Positions 35,194 through 48,276 are shown, numbered from the whole stretch's first letter. The stretch: 63,773 nucleotides of DNA, filler included, from Aduncisulcus paluster (GCA_024181965.1; 5 parts of 5 records of this genome joined end to end with filler, not necessarily neighbours in it); one strand, 5' to 3'. The notes: generated from the letters alone by a model not told the origin. A program made the numbers and translations.

Positions 35194-36396
35194 TCAATCA
35201 AATTGCGACATGAATATGAGAAGGCTAACCACTTCTTCATTGGACAAGGCTGGAGAACAATCCAATAGGGATGCAACAGCTTCGGCCAATTCCTGTTTCT
35301 GCGATTCACATTTGTCGTGAATCCCTGTGAAGTCGCTCCACACTTTGGCAGCAGCTCGTTGAACACGGGAGGATTCTTCAAAGAGTCTTCTGAAACGGAC
35401 GGCACTTTCAAAGAAATAAACAAGCACAAACCTGTAATAATTGAAACGAACAGGATTAACACCTTTCTTTCTTACAGCTAGATCCTTCTCAAAGCACAAA
35501 GAACTTGGAAAGTCCCCAGTGCCTTCAGAAATAAAGGGAAGTATAACTCTCAGAGAAGAAGCATCCAATTCTTCGAATTTCTTTGATGTTACGCTCATCA
35601 ATTCCTGGGTAATAAGATTAGAATCATATTTCTTGAGGATCATCTGAACAATTTTGTCACGAAAGGAGAGTCCAGATGTGGCTATTGGAGGAGGAGGCAT
35701 CGGGGAGAGAGAAAGCAATGGGGATGTCGACGAGTGTTTTTTCTTTGGACCTTCAGATTTGACCATCCTTGAACGAGGGGAAAAAGGAGAAAATGACTCT
35801 GGAGATGTTATCGAACCAGCCGAGTGTTGATGACGCCGTTTCATCAATTCTGGTTTTCTGTCAACTTCTTTTGAAATGCCACCAGACCATGATGTATCAA
35901 AGTCAGAATAAGGACCTTTAGGAGAGTGGGATGATCCATGCATCGTTTGTTGAAGGTCCAAAGTTTGGCGTTGGGAAAGTGGAGTATGTGTTGGAGGAAG
36001 ATGTTTCACTGATTTTGTATGGGAGGAAGATAGGCCATGATCTTTAGGAAGTGGAACTTTTCCAGAAGAATCGGAATATGAACAATCTGAGTCCGAGGAC
36101 TGATCTGATTGAGTATGCCCTTTATCATGATACTGTGAATCATGATCTTTGGCGTGAAGAACAGAATCTAACCTTTTTTCCATGGAGAGAATTTTTTCAG
36201 ATATGTTTGCAACCTTTTTTTGAAGTAAAAGGATAATATCTCCATATTTTTTTGCATGAGAAATCATTTCATCCATATTTTGCAGCACCATTCCACTAAC
36301 TGATCGGGATTCATTCCCAGTGATACCCGATGAGTATTGTCCTTTTTTTTCACTATTTTCCCTATCCATGTGAATTTTTTCTTTTTTAGTTTCCAT
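35194..36396 (-). CDS. Hypothetical protein: coiled coil, S/H-rich linker, helical C-terminal domain
   Basis: 400-aa ATG-initiated ORF; no recognised motif. Confidence 0.7.
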   Translation of the reverse strand: METKKEKIHMDRENSEKKGQYSSGITGNESRSVSGMVLQNMDEMISHAKKYGDIILLLQKKVANISEKILSMEKRLDSVLHAKDHDSQYHDKGHTQSDQSSDSDCSYSDSSGKVPLPKDHGLSSSHTKSVKHLPPTHTPLSQRQTLDLQQTMHGSSHSPKGPYSDFDTSWSGGISKEVDRKPELMKRRHQHSAGSITSPESFSPFSPRSRMVKSEGPKKKHSSTSPLLSLSPMPPPPIATSGLSFRDKIVQMILKKYDSNLITQELMSVTSKKFEELDASSLRVILPFISEGTGDFPSSLCFEKDLAVRKKGVNPVRFNYYRFVLVYFFESAVRFRRLFEESSRVQRAAAKVWSDFTGIHDKCESQKQELAEAVASLLDCSPALSNEEVVSLLIFMSQFD

Positions 36397-36903
36397 TTAA
36401 TAAAGAAAAAATCATAAATATTGCATCAAGAATCGATAATAGAATCATGAAATCGAGACAAAGCCCTTGGGTAAAAAACAAGAAATAATAATGAAAAGTC
36501 TTCTATAATTTATAAAATACAAACAAAAATAAATGATATTAAAATGAAAGTCTTATCAAGATTCCAAATTCTTCATCTTCCACCATTCTTTTCCAAAATC
36601 ACATGTGTAAAGGGGTACAAAACACATAACCCACTTATCTTTTCAGAATTTATCCATTAAAGACAGAATATTAATCAAATTAATCATAGGATCTTTCCAT
36701 CGAAGAGAAAAAGTAGAATCAATATCATTTTGACACAAGATGTGCATCCATGCGAACAACACTTGTAAATTATTTCATGTAATATAGAAAAATTCAAATA
36801 AAAGTACGAAAATTATTTATTTCAAATTACAAAACAGAGCAAAAGAAAAATATCGAATCACAAAAGTATCTTAATTAGCAATGGACATCGATATCAATGG
36901 TCA

Positions 36904-39900
36904 TTATTTAAATCCCTTATCAGACAAATCAGAAAGATCGATTGGTCGTTCCTCCCCATCATAGTCGAGGTGCTGAGAGGAGCGTTCCCAAGCGCTACGA
37001 ACTCCAGCACCACTCACAGTATTACTCTTACCGTACATGTTATCGGTGGAGTATGATGCTGTGGATGATATGGGACGGCGTTGTTTGGGAGAATATTGAG
37101 AAGATCTAGGAATAGAATGCTCACCACCAACAGTGACATGCTGTTGAGGGTGGGCAGCCTTGGCTGAGGTTGGAATATGGGAAGATAAGCGATGGCTCGC
37201 GTTAATTCCCGTTGTTCCATCGTAACTAGTCCTTGAGAGATGAGATTTCCCGAACATCGAGGCTGATTGATCCATCCCTTGTCTATCCATGACAGAGCTC
37301 ATTCCTCTCCTAACACCCTCACTCACACTTCTAGATACTCCCCCTTCAAGCTGGTTAGTGGCAAGTTCACTTCTCAACATACCGACTTTCCTGGCTTCTT
37401 CAGCACGGGAGGCAGTGAGTCCAACAACATGGCTCTGAAGAGCAGAGACTTCGGCTTCAAGAATACTTTGCTTATTTTCACTGTGAATGGCACGCTTGGT
37501 TGTCTCATGAACAGTGTCACGAAGGCGTCGTAACGATTGTCCAGCAGAATCAGCAGTTCCACGGGCTGTCTCTGCCTCCATTAGAGCAGCTTCAGCACGA
37601 ATTCCAGTGTGTTTTAGTTGTTGTTCACTTTCACCAAGGCGAGAAATGGAATTGATCAAGTCTCGGCGTGTGGAATCGAGCTGACGATCTCTCATGTGAG
37701 ACTCATGGATAGTTCTGGTATGATTGGCCTCAAGTTTATCCAATTCAACACGAGTATGCCGGAGTTCATCATCAAGCCTTCTCCTAGCAATATCAGCACG
37801 ATGGGCACGGGCACTCTCAACTTCGGCAGAATGGATGGCAGCCGCAGTGCGCTCCTTTAGAAGATCTCTCTCAGCTTGAACTGCACGTAATTCACGTTGT
37901 AACTCTTCAACAGAGAGCATGGCACTTGAACTGGCATTCTCAAGCTCCCTAACTCTTGCCACAGCTTCCTTACGCTCAGCATCAGCCCGTTTAAGATCCA
38001 TTCTAAGTTCTGAGACGACTCCATCATTCTTCTCCTTGAGTAAAAGGTGAGAGTCTTCAGAAGCACGTCTTTGGGCCAATTCTCCCTCAAGACGAGCGAT
38101 TGTATCTTCGTTATTCTGGCTCTTTGAATAGAGACGCTCCAACTCACCCCTGAGTCTCTCCACCTCACCCTCGGCTCGGGCTGTGCGTCCTCTCTCCTCT
38201 TCGACCAATGACTCGAGATGACGGGTCGCCTCGAGAGCGGAGGATTCAATGGAGTGAAGGGAAGATGCCTGACGCCTGCGTTCACTCATCAAGGTCTGAG
38301 AAAGCTCTTTAACCCGCTTTTCGGCCACTGCACACCTCTGTTTGAGAGGGAGTGAAGGTGCAACAGAAGAACTCGAAGCACCAGCAGCAGGATAATATTG
38401 GGGTTGGATCTCACGGGAAGGAGTTCCAGACTGTCCAAATTGTCCCTGGGATGCATTGAATTGGTTAGATACATGTGATTTTATAGTGAAGACACCACTT
38501 CCATTCTGAGAATATGAAGAACGATCGGGAGACACGCCTTGATCGAGATCAGCGCCTCCTGTGCCGGAAGTCGAGAGGTGAGATCTTGAAAGTCTCGAAG
38601 TATCCGGCTCTTGACCGTCCATGGATGTGCCAAGGGTCTGGGTTTCAATCCCCATCCTTTCCCTTTCAATCCCTTCTTCTTCAAGCACCGAATGTGGGGC
38701 GTATGATCCAAATTTAGGATGGATCGCAGAGTCAGAAGCCGATTCAGTTGGAACGCTAAGACGACGGCTAGAGAGAGGCTCGTCACTTCCTGTGCATCCA
38801 CATCCACGCCGGAGATCATTGTAGAAACTCAAGAAGGTCACTGTAGGGGAGAAAGAGGACAAAGCACTAGTCACACAACCAACACATGTGCACCCATCAT
38901 TTCCAGGAAGAGAGGCACGAGTCAAAAGGATATCTTTGAGAAGGAGACCAAGCTTAGTGGTACGGAACGGGACATATGGCTTGCCTCCACTTGTCGTAAC
39001 ACCAGAGCTCCGAGCAACATAGGGAAGGTCGTCAACGGTAATGCGACCTGTCATACCACTTCTCATACCAGGAGTCGACTCAGAACCAACGAATGAACGA
39101 TGTTGAGTTGAAAGGACATCTTTCTCGTGTTGTTTGACAGCTTCAGTTGCAGCTAAATTGGCAGCAGAACGGAGAATGGAACCGATACCGGATGATATCG
39201 TGGTAGCAGATGGCGAGGCAGCGGAAGAAGTTGATGTGGCATAAGGTGGCATCTCAACGACGACAAATCGGGAGGCTCTTATCGTATGAGCATGAGCATC
39301 TTGCCATTCCATAGTAAGCATGGTGACAGTTGAACAATGGCGGGAATTAGGGACAGAAGCAGTATGGGATACGCCTCCATCAAGAACAGCAGAGGAAGAA
39401 ACATTGAAAGAACTTCTACGAAGAGATAATGGAGTACTACCAGCGAAATGGGCAGAAGAAGAAAGTTTATGATACTCCTCTTTACCACTACTCCCAATAA
39501 TAGCAGTTCTACGTTGCGTAGGATCTGAGTCTAATATCTTGGAAACTTTCTTCGCTCTATCAATAAATTTGATGATTTGCTGTTCGGATTTAATGTAGAC
39601 TCTTGTTAATTCGGGAATAGAAACAGCAAAAGGAGACCTGGTAGAACGTTTGGGATTTTCCACAATTCGAACTGATTTAGGTTTAGGAACAAGTAAATCG
39701 TAAGCACAATCATCTGAGACACGACAAGTACTTGCAGTAAGCACCACATTTCCTTCTGTCGTACTGTTTGATTGTGCATATGACAATAAGAATGACATAG
39801 CTTTAGGAAGCATTCCAAAACGTTCTGTAATATCAATTATTCCTTGAGATGTGTACGTTTTACCCCCCTTTGGAGGTCCAAAAAACATTAAACAAGAATT

Positions 39901-40140
39901 TCTACCTTGAACAACCCTTTCAAGACCAGGAACAACTACCTGCTGAAAAAATACTTCTTGATCAAAAGATTCGTCGAAAATTCTATCGAATGACCATTCG
40001 TGAAAGAATGAAGACGGCTGGCCCGAAAAATTTAGACTTCTGCTCATTGTCAATACTGTATTATCTTCTGACACAATCATTGCCCTTCCATCTTGAGCTT
40101 CGGCTACAGTTGGAGGTCTAATTCTTATGTAAAATTTCAT
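36904..40140 (-). CDS. Divergent kinesin-like protein with long coiled-coil stalk
   Basis: Likely start MKFYIRIRPP; FDRIFD, P-loop FFGPPKGGKTYT, GMLPKA, YVPFRTTKLGLLLKDIL; switch I and II degenerate. Confidence 0.85.
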   Translation of the reverse strand: MKFYIRIRPPTVAEAQDGRAMIVSEDNTVLTMSRSLNFSGQPSSFFHEWSFDRIFDESFDQEVFFQQVVVPGLERVVQGRNSCLMFFGPPKGGKTYTSQGIIDITERFGMLPKAMSFLLSYAQSNSTTEGNVVLTASTCRVSDDCAYDLLVPKPKSVRIVENPKRSTRSPFAVSIPELTRVYIKSEQQIIKFIDRAKKVSKILDSDPTQRRTAIIGSSGKEEYHKLSSSAHFAGSTPLSLRRSSFNVSSSAVLDGGVSHTASVPNSRHCSTVTMLTMEWQDAHAHTIRASRFVVVEMPPYATSTSSAASPSATTISSGIGSILRSAANLAATEAVKQHEKDVLSTQHRSFVGSESTPGMRSGMTGRITVDDLPYVARSSGVTTSGGKPYVPFRTTKLGLLLKDILLTRASLPGNDGCTCVGCVTSALSSFSPTVTFLSFYNDLRRGCGCTGSDEPLSSRRLSVPTESASDSAIHPKFGSYAPHSVLEEEGIERERMGIETQTLGTSMDGQEPDTSRLSRSHLSTSGTGGADLDQGVSPDRSSYSQNGSGVFTIKSHVSNQFNASQGQFGQSGTPSREIQPQYYPAAGASSSSVAPSLPLKQRCAVAEKRVKELSQTLMSERRRQASSLHSIESSALEATRHLESLVEEERGRTARAEGEVERLRGELERLYSKSQNNEDTIARLEGELAQRRASEDSHLLLKEKNDGVVSELRMDLKRADAERKEAVARVRELENASSSAMLSVEELQRELRAVQAERDLLKERTAAAIHSAEVESARAHRADIARRRLDDELRHTRVELDKLEANHTRTIHESHMRDRQLDSTRRDLINSISRLGESEQQLKHTGIRAEAALMEAETARGTADSAGQSLRRLRDTVHETTKRAIHSENKQSILEAEVSALQSHVVGLTASRAEEARKVGMLRSELATNQLEGGVSRSVSEGVRRGMSSVMDRQGMDQSASMFGKSHLSRTSYDGTTGINASHRLSSHIPTSAKAAHPQQHVTVGGEHSIPRSSQYSPKQRRPISSTASYSTDNMYGKSNTVSGAGVRSAWERSSQHLDYDGEERPIDLSDLSDKGFK

Positions 40141-40653
40141 TTCTATGATCAATGATGGCAAACATGACACAAGAAAATTACATTTCAAGATCCACAGAAA
40201 TTCCAACAATTCGAGCTTAATATCGCATATAATGATCAAGAAATATTCAAGATAGGATAGTAAATTCTTGAATTATGACTGGTTCTTGAGATAATCAATT
40301 TTGATGCCCAGTACGAAATTTAAGCGTTTTTTGGAGTTTAGATATCATACATTTTGAAAATAATCAAATTAAATCTCTGTATTTTTTATGGAATTATGAT
40401 ATAAGTCTACCTACATGATAGAAGGAAAAAAAGTTGTATTTACTTTGTTGTCTCCAGTACACCACAATTATCATAGTTAAATATATTATGGATACTAAAT
40501 TATTTTGTTTTGTTCATTTAACCAAAACATTTCCGATATTTCGGGATGACAGGTTTGTCTTTTCACACAGTGCAGCTTGCAGTCATAAAAATGAGGATTA
40601 TTCTGTCAAATTCTTCAAACATACCAAAAATAAAGTATAATTTACGTTCGCTT

Positions 40654-43600
40654 TCATTCATTTATAAACTTCTTTCTCTCTCGTTCAAGGAGAGTTGCCT
40701 TCAGACGCCCAAAAGTGAGAGGAGGAGCAGCAGTCTTAACAATTAGCATTCCTTCTTTCCCCACAAGGTCACAAAGTCTGAGCAAAACATTGACACAAAT
40801 GGTCTGGGTTGGTGATTTAATCTTTAGAAGATTTTCGAGAAGGAGTGTCAACAAGGGAAGCACTTCACGAGCAGCCTTCTTGGTTGCAAGAAAAGCAAGC
40901 AAATTGATAGCCTCCTTCTGTTGTTCTCCTTCCTCGAAAACATCATCCCCAAACATCGCTGTAAGGTGTTTAACTCCCATATGTTCTTCCCCGACAACTA
41001 ATAAAACATCATGGATGGCATTCTCACAAATCTTCAGATCTCTCAAGGCACCACTCATCGAAGCAAGGGTAATGACCTTTGTAAGACACTCGTTAATTAC
41101 ATCAAACCGTCCAGCAGGGGTCAGCATTGATAGTAAAGTGAAATAAATCCTTCGCTTCAACAACTCAAATGCTATACCCGTTTCAGAAGCTCGAGTACGT
41201 AAAACATTAAAACAAACAGCGACTCGACGTTCATCCAATTCATTATGGAAAGAATTAAACCCAAAACCACGGCAGTTATTCAGAACAAAGAACACTTGCA
41301 CAAAATTCTTCATGATTGCGTCTTGAGTTTTTTCGCCAAGACTTTGTCCGAGCGCATACAAAGTAAAGGAAGATAATTCAGGGTCTGGATCTGCAAGAGA
41401 AGGCAAGAAGGCGAAGAATAGGTTGGATTTCCACTGTAGATATCCGCCAGCAATAAGAGAAGACAACACTGCAACAGCCTGCCGACGAACAAAGAGAGAA
41501 ACATCCCCAACACAATCGCCCACGACATCAGCATATGTCTCAGCAACAGCACCATGAGTGCAAATGAGGTCAGCAATGCCGAGGACACAGTTAGAACGAA
41601 TCACAGGACACTGTGACTTGACAACAAGTTGACAGAGCAAGGGAAGTACCCTTTCTGCAAGGGATCTGGATAAGATGCCACACTCACAAAGGGCAAGTAA
41701 GGCATGTGATCTCACCGAGGCAGCCAAAGGAAGAGCAGAAGGGAGAGAATTCGATCCAGAGAAAGAGGATAGCGAAGCAGAAGGAGATGTTGGTGATCCA
41801 AAGCCTGCACTTTCACTCATCCTGTGTGACCCCACGGGTGTCATTCTTGAGCCAGGTGTGTATAATAGGGATGGAGTCAACACAGACCTTCCAGTTGGAA
41901 TTGAGGAGGACTTAAGAAGATCACCAGGACTCATAGAGCTCATTGAGAGAGGCATATTCGAGTATGATGATTGAGACCTATCCCTGATAGAGGATCTGAA
42001 GGGAGGAAGGGATGGAGTCTGTGCCAAAAGTGCAGGATTAACACCAAACACATGGGCAGTGGGTCCAGAGGGACTAACAAGGGAGAGCAAGAGTTCAATC
42101 ACATTGCCACGATCACCAATCACACGTTTACCGTCCTTAACAGCGCAAAAAAGAGACATACTCCCACATACATGGAGAGCACATACAGCATGATGGAAGA
42201 GTTTCCTAAGGGACGAAGGAAGACTCGTGTCAGTTTTGTTCGTGGATTCAAAGGATCCCATGCTTGGAGTCTTTTGTCCCTCACTGTCTTGAGCAACAAT
42301 CCCAGCATCTTTGGCTGAGGATTTCTTCCCTGTCCTTGCAAACTTTACAGCCAAATATTCATACATAAATTCCATCAAAGATACACAGCAGAAGGCTGAA
42401 TTCTTGGAATATTCTTTCAAATTACTCAAGAGAGAAAGAGCGGAATCAGTTGCATCCTCTCCTTCCTCATCTTTCTCAAGTTCTCTGTCTCTCCGATCTA
42501 TTTTTAGATCTTCATCAGGAGCTTCTTCACTCTCTGATTCGATAATCTCAGTCATATGGAACTGCTCATATTTATCCTGAGCTTCTGTCTCAGCCTCTTG
42601 GAGGGCAAGGGAACACACGCTTGCACTGACGCACAGACTCCTCACAACACTGACACATCCATGGAAGCCACGAACGTACCAACAAAGATCCTGTACAAAA
42701 AAAGAGAGAGCATGTGGAGTTGGAAGGAGGAATGCAAACTGACGGAGTGATTTCTTTCCCCAAAGCTCAGCTAGGGAGGCAATAGTAGCCAACAAATAGA
42801 CTCCAACACACCCAGCTTCCTTGTCACTATATGTACTCTTCACAATCTCCCTTGTGAGACCCAAGAGAATCGATGAAAAGGAGAGATTCTTCGATTTGGT
42901 GCTAATACGCCTAGAAGAACTAGATTTGCTGCTCTTTGAAGAATGATGAACACTGTCCTCGTCTTCCTCGAACGAATTATCCCCATCTTCAAGATACTCT
43001 TCATCTTCATTGCTAAGGCTTCCAACGAAGGCCGCTGGTTGAGAAAGGATAGATTTCGTTGCGCTCTCACTGTTGCCACCTCTCCAAGACATCTCATTAT
43101 CTCCACGATCAATGTTGCCATACTTCTTTGAATATCTCTGGCTCTGAGCCAAACACCACCCTGAGGGAATCTTGGAGGAAGTTCCATGAACACAGGAAAT
43201 GACAGTTCGAGTATGGATGGAAGCACTAGAGGCCAGAATAATGGAGAGAGAGCGACGTGCAGAGAGCAAATACAGAGACTCTGAAGTTGGAGAGTGCCCA
43301 TCCGCCGAAAGAGCTCCAATTATAGATGCTGAGTAACTCTTTGTCAACAGATTAAGACAAGAAAAGAATAGTTCATCCACACGCAAGTTTATATTCGATT
43401 GTTGTTTCTCAACAGATCTATTTCTAGCAACTCCTCGAACACTCATTCTCTTAGATTCTGTGTATTTTTCCAAAGACGCGGTGACAAAATTAGCCATTGT
43501 CGCAGGCTGAACGTCAAGATCTTCTCCAGACACAATTCCAGAATCCAGGTCTTCCTCTTCCTCTCTGAAATCTGACCTTAAGGCCGCATCCTTGACAGAA

Positions 43601-46140
43601 CCGGAGAGCCCCAGAACCAAGAAGTTATCTGGAATAACACTCGGATCCCCAGTTCTCGTCAGACAGAGAGGGTGTGACACCTGTGCAAGACAATTCAACA
43701 GGACACACGTTCCATAATCAATTGGTAATTTCTTGGCCTTACCCGTTGTAAACTGTGAGTATAGCTTTGTCCGTTGCTTCCAAGTATCTTTATCCTCGAC
43801 AAGCATGCGTTGAGCAATCGGCTCATATATTGATTGAGTGAGAAGGAGGAAAGCAAACTCACGGACAGAGTTGTCACCTTCACACGCTAACGGAAGGACA
43901 CACGCAACATACTCTCCATGGACGTATCTGACCAGTGCAGTGATTGTGCTCAGAGCTTTCTCTAACTCAAGCTTAATGGCAGGGTCATACGACTGATGAG
44001 TTTGATCCATCTCCATGACTCTGAGTTCTTCGTTCATCCATTGTATATTGTTAACGAGACTCACACTTTGGCGAGATAGAGTGTGAAGATGAGAGATGCA
44101 CTCCTTTCGAACGGATGGTGATGCATCCTGACATCTAAAGCTCAAATGCTTAACAACCTCGACCAAAGTATATGTTCCTGGTTGGACAGAAACCATAGCT
44201 AGTAATGAGTGGAGAATACGACTTAGGGCTAATNNNNNNNNNNNNNNNNNNNNTTCTCTAACTCAAGCTTAATGGCAGGGTCATACGACTGATGAGTTTG
44301 ATCCATCTCCATGACTCTGAGTTCTTCGTTCATCCATTGTATATTGTTAACGAGACTCACACTTTGGCGAGATAGAGTGTGAAGATGAGAGATGCACTCC
44401 TTTCGAACGGATGGTGATGCATCCTGACATCTAAAGCTCAAATGCTTAACAACCTCGACCAAAGTATATGTTCCTGGTTGGACAGAAACCATAGCTCGAA
44501 GCTCACGTGTTGTACGAAGATTGGATTTAGTCCCCTCAAATGCTTTGGACATCTTATTCTTTGTTCCATCAGGCTGTTCTTGGGTTGATTTGTTCAATAA
44601 CTCATCAAAAGTGTGAACGATATCAGAATCCTCATCCTTTCCTTTGGTTTCAAACTCTTCAGAGCCTCTCTTGTCCTGTTCATTTCCCCATAAAGCCAAG
44701 TATTCGTGAACCCACAGAGTCCATTTCTTCATTGGATAGAACTCTGAGCTGTAGCCTTGGTGCAAAATAGTACTCTGGGCGAGAACTTTGACACATCCAA
44801 GGGCTGCACTTTTCACCGTCGTCTTAACATCATGAACTCGTTCACATATGCTTTCGATGAGAGAACTAATGATGGGGAGAAGGGAACAGAAGAACAAGAG
44901 ATGGAATGTGTCAAGAGATGGCTTTGAAACAGGTGCATTTAGATCAGCCACCCTATCAGAGTCAATCTTGAGTCCATTACAGAGAGTGGGGACAGACAGC
45001 AACTTAAAATCGCCCATCCTTTCAATCACTCGAGCTATCTGTCGGAATGATCTGGCACGGATCTTGGGACTCGTATCCTTGGTATGGATTAGAATATGAC
45101 TCAACAATGGCATGATGCTCGATAGAAGAGGAACAAGAGCGTAGAATAGCTCCTCTTCGTTGACGCCTTCCTTTGTTCCGTCTTCCTCCATCGTGGACAT
45201 GAGATCAATGATTCGCATGGCTGTCTCCGCTGCACAATCGACAGTGGAGATTCGAAGAGGAACACTAGTGGAGAAATGGACAAAGGAAGATGTTACTAAA
45301 AGAGAAAGGATACTCTTGGGGAAAAATGAAGAGATGATACTGTTGATGGCTTCCATTTGGAAGAGAGTACCCAATTCGACCCTGACACAATGTCCCTCGA
45401 GCATCTTGAAACACAGGTTCATAATATAATCCCACGAGATGGCATCTAAGAGTTGTAATGGAAGCCCTTTCATTCCAGTGATGCTTGGATATGTCATCGA
45501 TTCAAAGAGTTTGAGCATAAAAGCGCAGTGTGGCATCGGAATAAGATCAAACTCATCCCTTGATAATGCATCATCTTGTGAATGAGATTCTGTAGCACTT
45601 TTGGTAGCTAATTCTGCAATTCTAGAAGGTGACAGGATAAACTTATCGTCATAAACAGCCCATTGAGATATTCCAGCCACCACAAGTTCACGAAGGTCAA
45701 CCCTTGAAGGCATGTGAAGGAAAGCATACGAATAAAGGTTTACAAGGTCATCAGTTTCCATCAAATTAACAAACTCACATATCAATGGGGTTGAATTCTT
45801 CCTCACTTTGGGTTTTGATTTCTTCTTGGTTTTGGAAGTTGATCCCTTCTTCTGTGACTTTGTTTTTGAATCCATTACTTGATCATTCAGCTCATTTGCT
45901 GCTTCATCAATCTGTGGAGTACATTTGTTCCTTTCCTCGACAACAGTCCTGACCCATTGGGCCATACGTTTTTGCTGAGACGCACCAACTGTTGGAGGAG
46001 TGGATTGAAGAGGCACAAGAGCGATCACAGAGGCAATATTGGCAGAGTTCGATGAACACACACGTGCTTGGAACAGAGAGAATGCCTGGACATGCCGAGA
46101 AACAAGAGGGGATAAAGAGTTTGAGGGAATCACAAGGAAA
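40654..46140 (-). CDS. NCAPD3: Condensin II HEAT subunit CAP-D3-like; 5'-truncated, split by a gap duplication
   Basis: RCQDASPSVRK and Cnd1 region VIRSNCVLGIADL...VRRQAVAVLSSL...YLQWKSNLFFAFLPSLADPDPEL...FVQVFFVLN; the WK..LF motif favours CAP-D3 over CAP-D2. Confidence 0.8.
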
Positions 46141-46240
46141 NNNNNNNNNNNNNNNNNNNNNNNNNNNNNNNNNNNNNNNNNNNNTTAATTAATTAANNNN
46201 NNNNNNNNNNNNNNNNNNNNNNNNNNNNNNNNNNNNNNNN
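46141..46240. other. Artificial contig linker
   Basis: N44-TTAATTAATTAA-N44. Confidence 0.98.
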
Positions 46241-46357
46241 TGAAGTTGTCATTAACGGTTGGTTAGATTTTGTATCTTCTCTCCCCTCAACTTGGACAAG
46301 AGAGCCTTCTGAAACTCTAGATGTTGTTGGCGCCTCTTTTGAATCGATTGGAGGCAT
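46241..46357 (-). CDS. Probable 5' end of a gene running off the contig
   Basis: MPPIDSKEAPTTSRVSEGSLVQVEGREDTKSNQPLMTTS is open to the edge, after an AT-rich leader. Confidence 0.5.
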
Positions 46358-46993
46358 TTTATGATATTTCACAACAATTTACAAATAAAAATATCACCTC
46401 AAAAAAATGGGTATTGTTCTTAACTCGGAGAAAATGGACAATTCGTTTCAAACTCCAATTCTATCGATATTGACAATATAACCAAGGAAGTCCATGTCAT
46501 GAGAGTGATATAAATGTATAAATTTGTGAACTAAAAAACATCTATATTTGATAATATTGTTGACATCCAGAGATAGGAAAATGAATGCCGGAATGGCGTG
46601 TATAGTGTATAATTTCATACATTGGGGGGATTTATTGGGATGTAAATAGATGCTTGTTAATTAAATCTATGAAATAATTATCCATTTCCCTGTGTATTAT
46701 CAAATCTTCTCTTTTGGCTTGTCAAGAACCCATTGGATAACATCATTTGCAAGTTTTCTTATTTATTTATCGTATCACTCAATCCATATCCTCGGCCTCT
46801 TTCTCTCTCTTTAATTCTTCAGCAAGCCCGACAATATCAGATTGTTTCATAAATATAACGGGTTGACCCTTTTTCATAATAGCAATATCAATAGACGAGG
46901 CTCCTCAACAATTCCTTTTCATTCGATGGATTGGATTATCATATCATTATTACAAATTCAGCAGACACTCCATTATAAAATAATAATAAAATT

Positions 46994-48276
46994 TTATTCT
47001 TCTTCCTCCTTCTCATCGTGTTTTTCTATTTTAATTCTCCTATGAACGTGTATTCCACCTCCAAATCCTCCACAAACAAAGACTTCGTCTTTCATATCCC
47101 AGACAAGACAAGATCTTTGTCCACCTTTTCCACAGTGAACTCCATTAAATCTGTAATATAATTTAGGGTTTTTGATGCTATATAATACCATATTCCCATT
47201 CTGACTCCCTGTACAAGCCCACTGAGTTTGGGCAACATTAGGGGCGAATCCACACTTAATAATATATGTGTCACATTGATGGCGTGATTGAAATATCTTA
47301 CTAACTTGCCCAGCACCAATATTCCACAGTCTGCATACACTATCGAAGGTGCTGGCAAGGAGATATTTTCCATTGGGGGAGATATCAATCGAAGAAACAC
47401 CAATCCTGGATCTAGGGCCTAATAAACTCTTTTGGGGCGTACCAGCAGAGTCCCACACTCGAATAGTCCCGTCAAGAGAGGATGATATGAATTGATTATG
47501 GAATTTTGGATTGAAAGATATATCTGTTATCGCTTTGGTATGTGCCAGGCAAACTTGATAACATTCTTGAGTTCTGACGTCCCAAAGACGGCAAGATCCA
47601 TCAATACCTCCACTAACAATGATATGTTTCGATGGATCCTTGCAAACGGAAACACAAGTTTGCCGGATATTAACAGTTTTGGGCTTACCGCTAGTAGAAG
47701 AGGCAGAAGATGCTAATGTCGGAACAAACGTGAATAAAAGAGCTGGATCTTTATAATCGGAAATGGTTTTTGTCAATTTTTGATGTAATTTCTTATATTC
47801 GGTTTCTGAAGTGGGATGACTTGGCCAATCCTCAAAAAATTTCTCTTGATATTCATAAAAATCAAAACCAGCTTTCGAAAGGGACCACGCCTTGACAGTT
47901 CCATCATCACTAGATGAATATAGAATAGACCCATCAACTGACCAATCCAACCCAGTTATACCTGCTTGATGACCAATAAGAGCGGCCATTGGCGAAGAAG
48001 AAAACGTTTTTAAATCTTTTATGGAGTATAGATCAGATTTAGAAGGCATTCCAATATTCCACAGGAAAATGGCTCCATCCAAAGCTAAAAACATTGAAAA
48101 TTTCATTCAAATATAATAAATATTCATAATTAAATTCCTATATTTTCTGGAAAAAAGCAGAATTGGTACATACATCCGGAGGCCAAAACATTTGATTTAG
48201 GCGAGAACTTAAGGGCAGTAACGGCATGACGGTGGCCATCTAATATCGTTTGATATCCATAAGATAGATCTTGCAT
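46994..48276 (-). CDS. WD40 protein, WDR5/Swd3-like; two exons (48276-48174, 48084-46994)
   Basis: Exon 1 MQDLSYGYQTILDGHRHAVTALKFSPKSNVLASG supplies the first WD repeat. GHQAGI...SSSDDGTVKAW and SPNGKYLLASTFDS are typical of WDR5. Confidence 0.82.
48085..48173 (-). other. Spliceosomal intron, 89 nt
   Basis: GTATGT...TTTTTAG, phase 1, restores ASGSLDGAIFLW. Confidence 0.88.

Noticed and set aside
44199..44233. 35-bp piece identical to 34256-34290 inside the CAP-D3 gene
   Set aside because: It sits at a contig end next to Ns; chimeric read extension rather than a real insertion.
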